Origin: Nemertoderma westbladi
Taxonomy: Eukaryota > Animalia > Xenacoelomorpha
Reading direction: 5' to 3'
Length of the DNA: 64,000 nt
NCBI GenBank assembly: GCA_032718475.1
Contig: JAUCBJ010006096.1
Span: 19,774-83,773 of the forward strand
Under the pieces are notes generated by a model. The model was not told where the DNA came from. It worked only from the letters and a program-made list of their open reading frames with translations, and did no database searches. A program made the position numbers and the translations under genes. This document shows positions 59,553 through 64,000 of this stretch, piece after piece; the first letter of the stretch is position 1, and every line of letters begins with the position of its first letter.

Positions 59553-60263
59553 CTACTGCGGTATAGACTGGGCCTCGGGGCGTTGGTGAGGTGTGTTAGA
59601 GTTCATATTCGCGGGTTGATAAACAGTTTGCCCTAATGGGTTGAAAATATCACCCCTAACTCTTATACTATCATCCGTTTTTTGATGAAAGTCTAAGAGA
59701 AGGTGTGTGAATGGTTTTTGTGTGGCGTCACTATATGCTTGAACAATAAAATTGCTATTTTTTGGGTACACTTGCCGCGCTATATAGCTTATTTGACTTG
59801 CGTCGCGGGGATTTTTTGTGAAAATACAATATTGGGCATTTAGACTTCTAGTCCGTGTTTCAGCCCCTTTACTGAAGAAATTTTGTGTTATATAGATAAT
59901 GAAACAGGAAGTATGGTGGCAGGTTTTTGTGAAGCTTTCTGTCAAACTCTCATCACTCTTACTTTCGCTTAACAAGTCGTCTATAATAATTAGATCGTTT
60001 TCGCGGAAAATAGAATTAATTTTTTGCGGTAAACCTTTGAATAGATGTGTTATACCCGGGAATTCTGGTGGGGTGGCGCCATAAAAGAATAATACACGCT
60101 TCGGGGTTATATCAAAAACTAAATTTTTATTTTTTACAATTTTTGATACCAACACTGTTTTTCCGGAAGAACTTGGACCCGCAATAATCATGGCCGAACC
60201 CATCTTGAAAGAGGCGTCGTATGATGTGATTGGTTCCCGCGATATCGTCGGCTCTCGGGACAT
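59553..60263 (-). CDS. A32/FtsK-HerA family genome-packaging ATPase
   Basis: Walker A GPSSSGKT, Walker B LIIIDD, HH..C.II.ITQN, RTRSLNAQY, KNPRD. Confidence 0.95.
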   Translation of the reverse strand: MSREPTISREPITSYDASFKMGSAMIIAGPSSSGKTVLVSKIVKNKNLVFDITPKRVLFFYGATPPEFPGITHLFKGLPQKINSIFRENDLIIIDDLLSESKSDESLTESFTKTCHHTSCFIIYITQNFFSKGAETRTRSLNAQYCIFTKNPRDASQISYIARQVYPKNSNFIVQAYSDATQKPFTHLLLDFHQKTDDSIRVRGDIFNPLGQTVYQPANMNSNTPHQRPEAQSIPQ

Positions 60264-60280
60264 TGTTGATAGGTAGCCAC

Positions 60281-60742
60281 TCAGTAGATGGGAAACCTAG
60301 AAACTTGACGGTTGACGCGTGTGCCAGAGGTAGTAGGTCTATACCCCCGGCGGGATTGGGCTAATTTTCTGCCTCTTACAGCCGTTATTATGGGTGATAT
60401 TTTCTGATAAGCGTTAAGCCCACTCATTAAACCAGAGATTAGTAGATTTATAAATCCGCCCCTTTGCACCAATCGTTTACGATAAATTCGAATGGGATAC
60501 TTGGCTTTTGGTTTTTTAGCGATCTCGCGTATTGTTTTTTTATGGCGTTTTAACCTCGCGATTGTTTGCTCAGGAATTTTTACGTTACCATTTAATACAT
60601 TTAGAATAATATTAATTAGAAAACTTATAAGTTCGTCGGTTCCGCCGACACGTAAGAAGGTTTTTCTACGGTTGGGGGAGGCGTTAGATAAGAACTTTAA
60701 ATCCCCGTCAAATTGTTTAATTAAAGCTTTGAGTGATTTCAT
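60281..60742 (-). CDS. Conserved Polinton virion protein with QRGG|F site (pX/pVI-like role inferred)
   Basis: N.L.GNV....LKRHK..IR...K.LVQRGGFINLLISGL. Confidence 0.7.
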   Translation of the reverse strand: MKSLKALIKQFDGDLKFLSNASPNRRKTFLRVGGTDELISFLINIILNVLNGNVKIPEQTIARLKRHKKTIREIAKKPKAKYPIRIYRKRLVQRGGFINLLISGLMSGLNAYQKISPIITAVRGRKLAQSRRGYRPTTSGTRVNRQVSRFPIY

Positions 60743-60914
60743 TACATATATTAATAACTTATATAAACGAGAACAATAATAGTAAGTAATAAAACACCAC
60801 CACCGTTATAAATAGTATCGATTATATGCGTGGGTGGGGTTTTTCACGCGATAAAACCGAGCAATTATAGAAACCGGCACTCTTTAAAACCTAACATCAA
60901 TAATTAAGAACGCA

Positions 60915-61600
60915 AATCCACGTTTAAAAAACCAAACGAGATCCCACAGGACAAACCTACAAAATTTCGAAATTATTCAAAAATGAAACTTTTAATTTTT
61001 CGAAAAATTTTATGAAATTTCTAATTAAATATTACTACCCAAATTACTAATAAAATTCAAACTTTTTTAAGTTTTAACAGACTGACTGACTGACAGACCG
61101 ACAGACAGACAGACTAGATTTATGTAAATGTAAAAACTGACATCAGAAATGAAATCAGCACCCCCTAAAACCCAAGACCATCAATAAAACACATTATATA
61201 TATATATATATCAAGGGAACAATGATAATATCCGCATTTAAAAACCAAACGAGATCCTAAAGGGCAAACTTTCAAAATTTTTAAATTTTTCAAAAACGAA
61301 CATTTTAATTTTTCGAAAATTTTTTATGAAATTTCTAATTAAATATTACTACCCAAATTACTAATAAAATTCAAACTTTTTTAAGTTTTGACAGACTGGC
61401 TGACTGACAGAAAGACTGACAAACCGAAGACAGATAGACTAGATTTATGTAAATTTAAAACTGACATCAGAAATGAAATCAGCACCCTTGACAACCTAAG
61501 ACTACCGATAAAACACGTTATATATATAATGTGAATAATGGTAATATCCACGTTTATTTAAAAACCTAACGAGATCCCACCGGACAAACCTAAAACTGAC
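60915..61600 (+). repeat. ~315-bp tandem repeat x2.2 sharing its core with the 50465-51003 array
   Basis: aaaaccaaacgagatcc-like motif recurs at ~60928, ~61241 and ~61561; contains gactgac...actgacatcagaaatgaaatcagcaccc. Confidence 0.85.
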
Positions 61601-61617
61601 ACCAAAAAATGAAAAAA

Positions 61618-62178
61618 TTAAATATTTCTACCTAAATGACTATCTAAATTACCGATAAAATTCAAAAACTTTGGAAAAAATACTCGAAATATCTCGGGTC
61701 TTGCCATACACACAACATTTCGTGTGTAAAAAACGCAAAATGTTATGATATTAGAACTAGTTTTACCCCGACGATAAAACTGCACAAGAATATTATTAAA
61801 TATCTCCGGCTCATATTTCACCTCCACATTATAATAATTATCTAAAAAATGAAACCCAACCGTTTTCATTAATTTGCTATAGTCTATGTCTAGATTGTTA
61901 ATAATATAAGTTTGGCTATTGATTGAAATAAAAGTTAGTTTATAATCAGTATGCTTATATATATACTTAATAATTTTTTTTATTTTAGGTGATTTACCGA
62001 GTACAGTGACCTTACCGCTCGGGAAAAAGAGACACGTCCATCCGCAAATTTTGGCGATATATTGGTAAGGCTTTAAGATGAGTTTTCCATTTCGAATTCG
62101 TTTAGCCAGCACATCGAATGATATGCACCCATCACCCAACCTCAAACTTATATTACTGTTGACAATACTAAAAGACAT
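61618..62178 (-). CDS. TATA-binding protein (TBP)-like protein
   Basis: 186 aa with two TBP-like repeats: IVNSNISLRLG, LAKRIRN, TCLFFPSGKVTVLG, then KYEPEIF and FCVFYTRNVVC; starts 9 bp after the PolB stop. Confidence 0.75.
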   Translation of the reverse strand: MSFSIVNSNISLRLGDGCISFDVLAKRIRNGKLILKPYQYIAKICGWTCLFFPSGKVTVLGKSPKIKKIIKYIYKHTDYKLTFISINSQTYIINNLDIDYSKLMKTVGFHFLDNYYNVEVKYEPEIFNNILVQFYRRGKTSSNIITFCVFYTRNVVCMARPEIFRVFFPKFLNFIGNLDSHLGRNI

Positions 62179-62187
62179 CGCAATCCG

Positions 62188-64000
62188 CTATTCTATAATG
62201 GGCGGCATATAAAGCTTAGGGGCAGGCGCTTTACGATCCAAATGTGTTTTATAATGACCGTAAGGTAGACTTTCATTAGTCGATGTGTAGTACCTTTTAT
62301 CTTCCCACAGTGTTAGCGATTTTTTTCTTTGTGAAACGGTGTATATTTTATGTAAATTAGATTGAAACCTTTGACTGTATTCGTAATGCTCGCTAACCTC
62401 GTTATATACTTTTAAATATGATTCGTGGGAGAGTTTCTTTTTTATAACCATTTTTCCTACGCCTTTAGCGACACGTTTTGGAACTGACCCCCCACGAAAG
62501 CTATAACATTTTGGTCTAAGTAAAATAACCTGGTCAAACGGGATAGACTTCCCTTCATCCTTTAAATATCTATATTTCCCTTTCTGTTCTACTGTATACA
62601 ACGGATGCGTAATAGGGTAATTTGAACAGTCTAAAACTTTTTTTGATTGTAACGCAGATAAAAATTGGTGTTGGGATAAACCAACACACTGTAAAAAAAA
62701 AGAATCCGTGTCCCCACCTAGCAAATTTATACTACAATTTAATTCGGCTTCCACGGGCTTTAACTTATCGTAGAAAAAAGTGTAGTAATCTAACTTTGAC
62801 AAGTCCAACACAGCTTGGCCTAAAAAAATAGGTTTATGCAAACAAACCGCAGCCTTAGATAGGACGTGACCTGATAATGAATCAGTGAACATAATTAAAT
62901 TTTCGTGATTCGGCTTGGATAATAATAAGTCACATTTCTCGATTGAATTACATAAGCGAAATGAGACACGGTCCCGTATATTCTCCATGCTTTTCCCGAA
63001 AAGCGCGTTATTTGTTCCTTTGTGAAACTTATCATAAAAGTCATTGCGCGCAATTTTTCTCTGCTGTGTGTTATATTCAATAAAATCCTTAAAAATGTAA
63101 CCTTGCTTAAATCTAATAAGTTTATGAACTTTAATCAAACGCATACCATGATGAATATAAAAGCGCAATAATTTTAGATGCACGCCGTACTCATACTTAT
63201 CAAATTGGGTTAACATCAATTTTTTTGCTGGGCTATTGAAAATTTTATCACCATTATAATGTCGCCAAAGACTTTTCATGTGCGGGCTGAGATACCTACT
63301 ATCGAGTTTAATATGCTCCGGTGCAAATGGAAGCTCAGCTGTGGCATCATGAATAGACATTGGGTATTCAAGGTCTACAATTGCGAAGTATCCAAATATA
63401 TCGTCAATTTCCAGACTCATGATATCGACACTATCAACATCCAACCATTCAAAGTCAGAATAAGGAAGTTTCTCCGACAAAGAACCGCTATATAAACTGT
63501 TGAAATCTAAATTATATAAATGAGCTTCAGGTTTATTAGGGTCGTATGTTTCTGTGCCTGGTATATTCGCATTTGCCATATGAAGGTTGGTGTAAGAAAC
63601 CCCACCCCTAATGGAATTTTCGAATGTTAAATACATTTCATGGTCTGCAAGTAGACGAATATGTGACTTGGAAAATCTCAAAGCCGCGTCCCAACTAACC
63701 CCTGCCATCGTGTAATAGTTCGACACCTCAAGCGAATAATGTTTAGTACAATATGCGCGAAAATTTTCAAAAATATCGGCTAGCAGCAAAACGTCAAGAT
63801 GTAAGTAAGCTTCCAAATAATCAAAAAGTGTCTTACATTGAAATTGCTCCCACGAAAGATGTGCAAATGTATATTCTTCGGGGCTAATAGATGATAATGT
63901 TAATTCACTGTAAAACTCTTTTGGATGTGGTAATTTAGTATCCTCCAATTTACTTAAGGAATCGACATATTCGTAAGGAAAAACTGACTTACGACGTAAA
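62188..64000 (-). CDS. polB: Protein-primed family B DNA polymerase (5' part outside the window)
   Basis: RKSVFPYEY, YLHLDVLLLADIFENFR, SIRGG, DFNSLY, KGTNNALFGKSMEN, GGDTDS, LRPKCY, AKGV, EDKRY..SLPYGHY; frame open to the window edge. Confidence 0.95.
   Translation of the reverse strand, partial: LRRKSVFPYEYVDSLSKLEDTKLPHPKEFYSELTLSSISPEEYTFAHLSWEQFQCKTLFDYLEAYLHLDVLLLADIFENFRAYCTKHYSLEVSNYYTMAGVSWDAALRFSKSHIRLLADHEMYLTFENSIRGGVSYTNLHMANANIPGTETYDPNKPEAHLYNLDFNSLYSGSLSEKLPYSDFEWLDVDSVDIMSLEIDDIFGYFAIVDLEYPMSIHDATAELPFAPEHIKLDSRYLSPHMKSLWRHYNGDKIFNSPAKKLMLTQFDKYEYGVHLKLLRFYIHHGMRLIKVHKLIRFKQGYIFKDFIEYNTQQRKIARNDFYDKFHKGTNNALFGKSMENIRDRVSFRLCNSIEKCDLLLSKPNHENLIMFTDSLSGHVLSKAAVCLHKPIFLGQAVLDLSKLDYYTFFYDKLKPVEAELNCSINLLGGDTDSFFLQCVGLSQHQFLSALQSKKVLDCSNYPITHPLYTVEQKGKYRYLKDEGKSIPFDQVILLRPKCYSFRGGSVPKRVAKGVGKMVIKKKLSHESYLKVYNEVSEHYEYSQRFQSNLHKIYTVSQRKKSLTLWEDKRYYTSTNESLPYGHYKTHLDRKAPAPKLYMPPIIE

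Larger units (their letters stand above)
51271..64000 (-). mobile_element. Polinton/Maverick (adintovirus-like) element B, continues beyond the window
   Basis: PolB, ATPase, integrase, two pentons, MCP and protease on one strand; candidate terminus AGTAGTAGG at 51271. Confidence 0.95.

Noticed and set aside
14444-64000. Large inverted segmental duplication (BEL plus Polinton twice)
   Set aside because: The order is not mirrored and the Polintons are far more diverged than the BEL copies; these are independent insertions

Overview
AT-rich eukaryotic (probably aquatic invertebrate) region made almost entirely of nested transposable elements and endogenous viral elements; no host gene is recognisable. 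From left to right: a 5'-truncated RTE-clade LINE with a 12-bp TSD; several non-autonomous DNA transposons (MULE-like, IS3EU-like, EnSpm/CACTA-like, hAT-like) defined by TIRs and TSDs; Sola2-like and Gypsy relics; three decayed BEL/Pao retrotransposons; a very young, coding-intact GalEa-type Copia element; and two divergent Polinton/Maverick (adintovirus-like) elements. Polinton A (27135-30065, +) is a four-gene fragment. Polinton B (~51271 to beyond 64000, -) carries PolB, packaging ATPase, integrase, two pentons, core protein, major capsid protein and protease. The most notable observations concern the Polintons: B has an intact TATA-binding-protein-like gene directly behind PolB, both carry a DnaQ/Maelstrom-like Cys/His nuclease at different positions, and B appears to join a group-II-type polymerase to a group-I-type virion module. 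All family calls come from motif recognition by eye and need HMM or structure confirmation.
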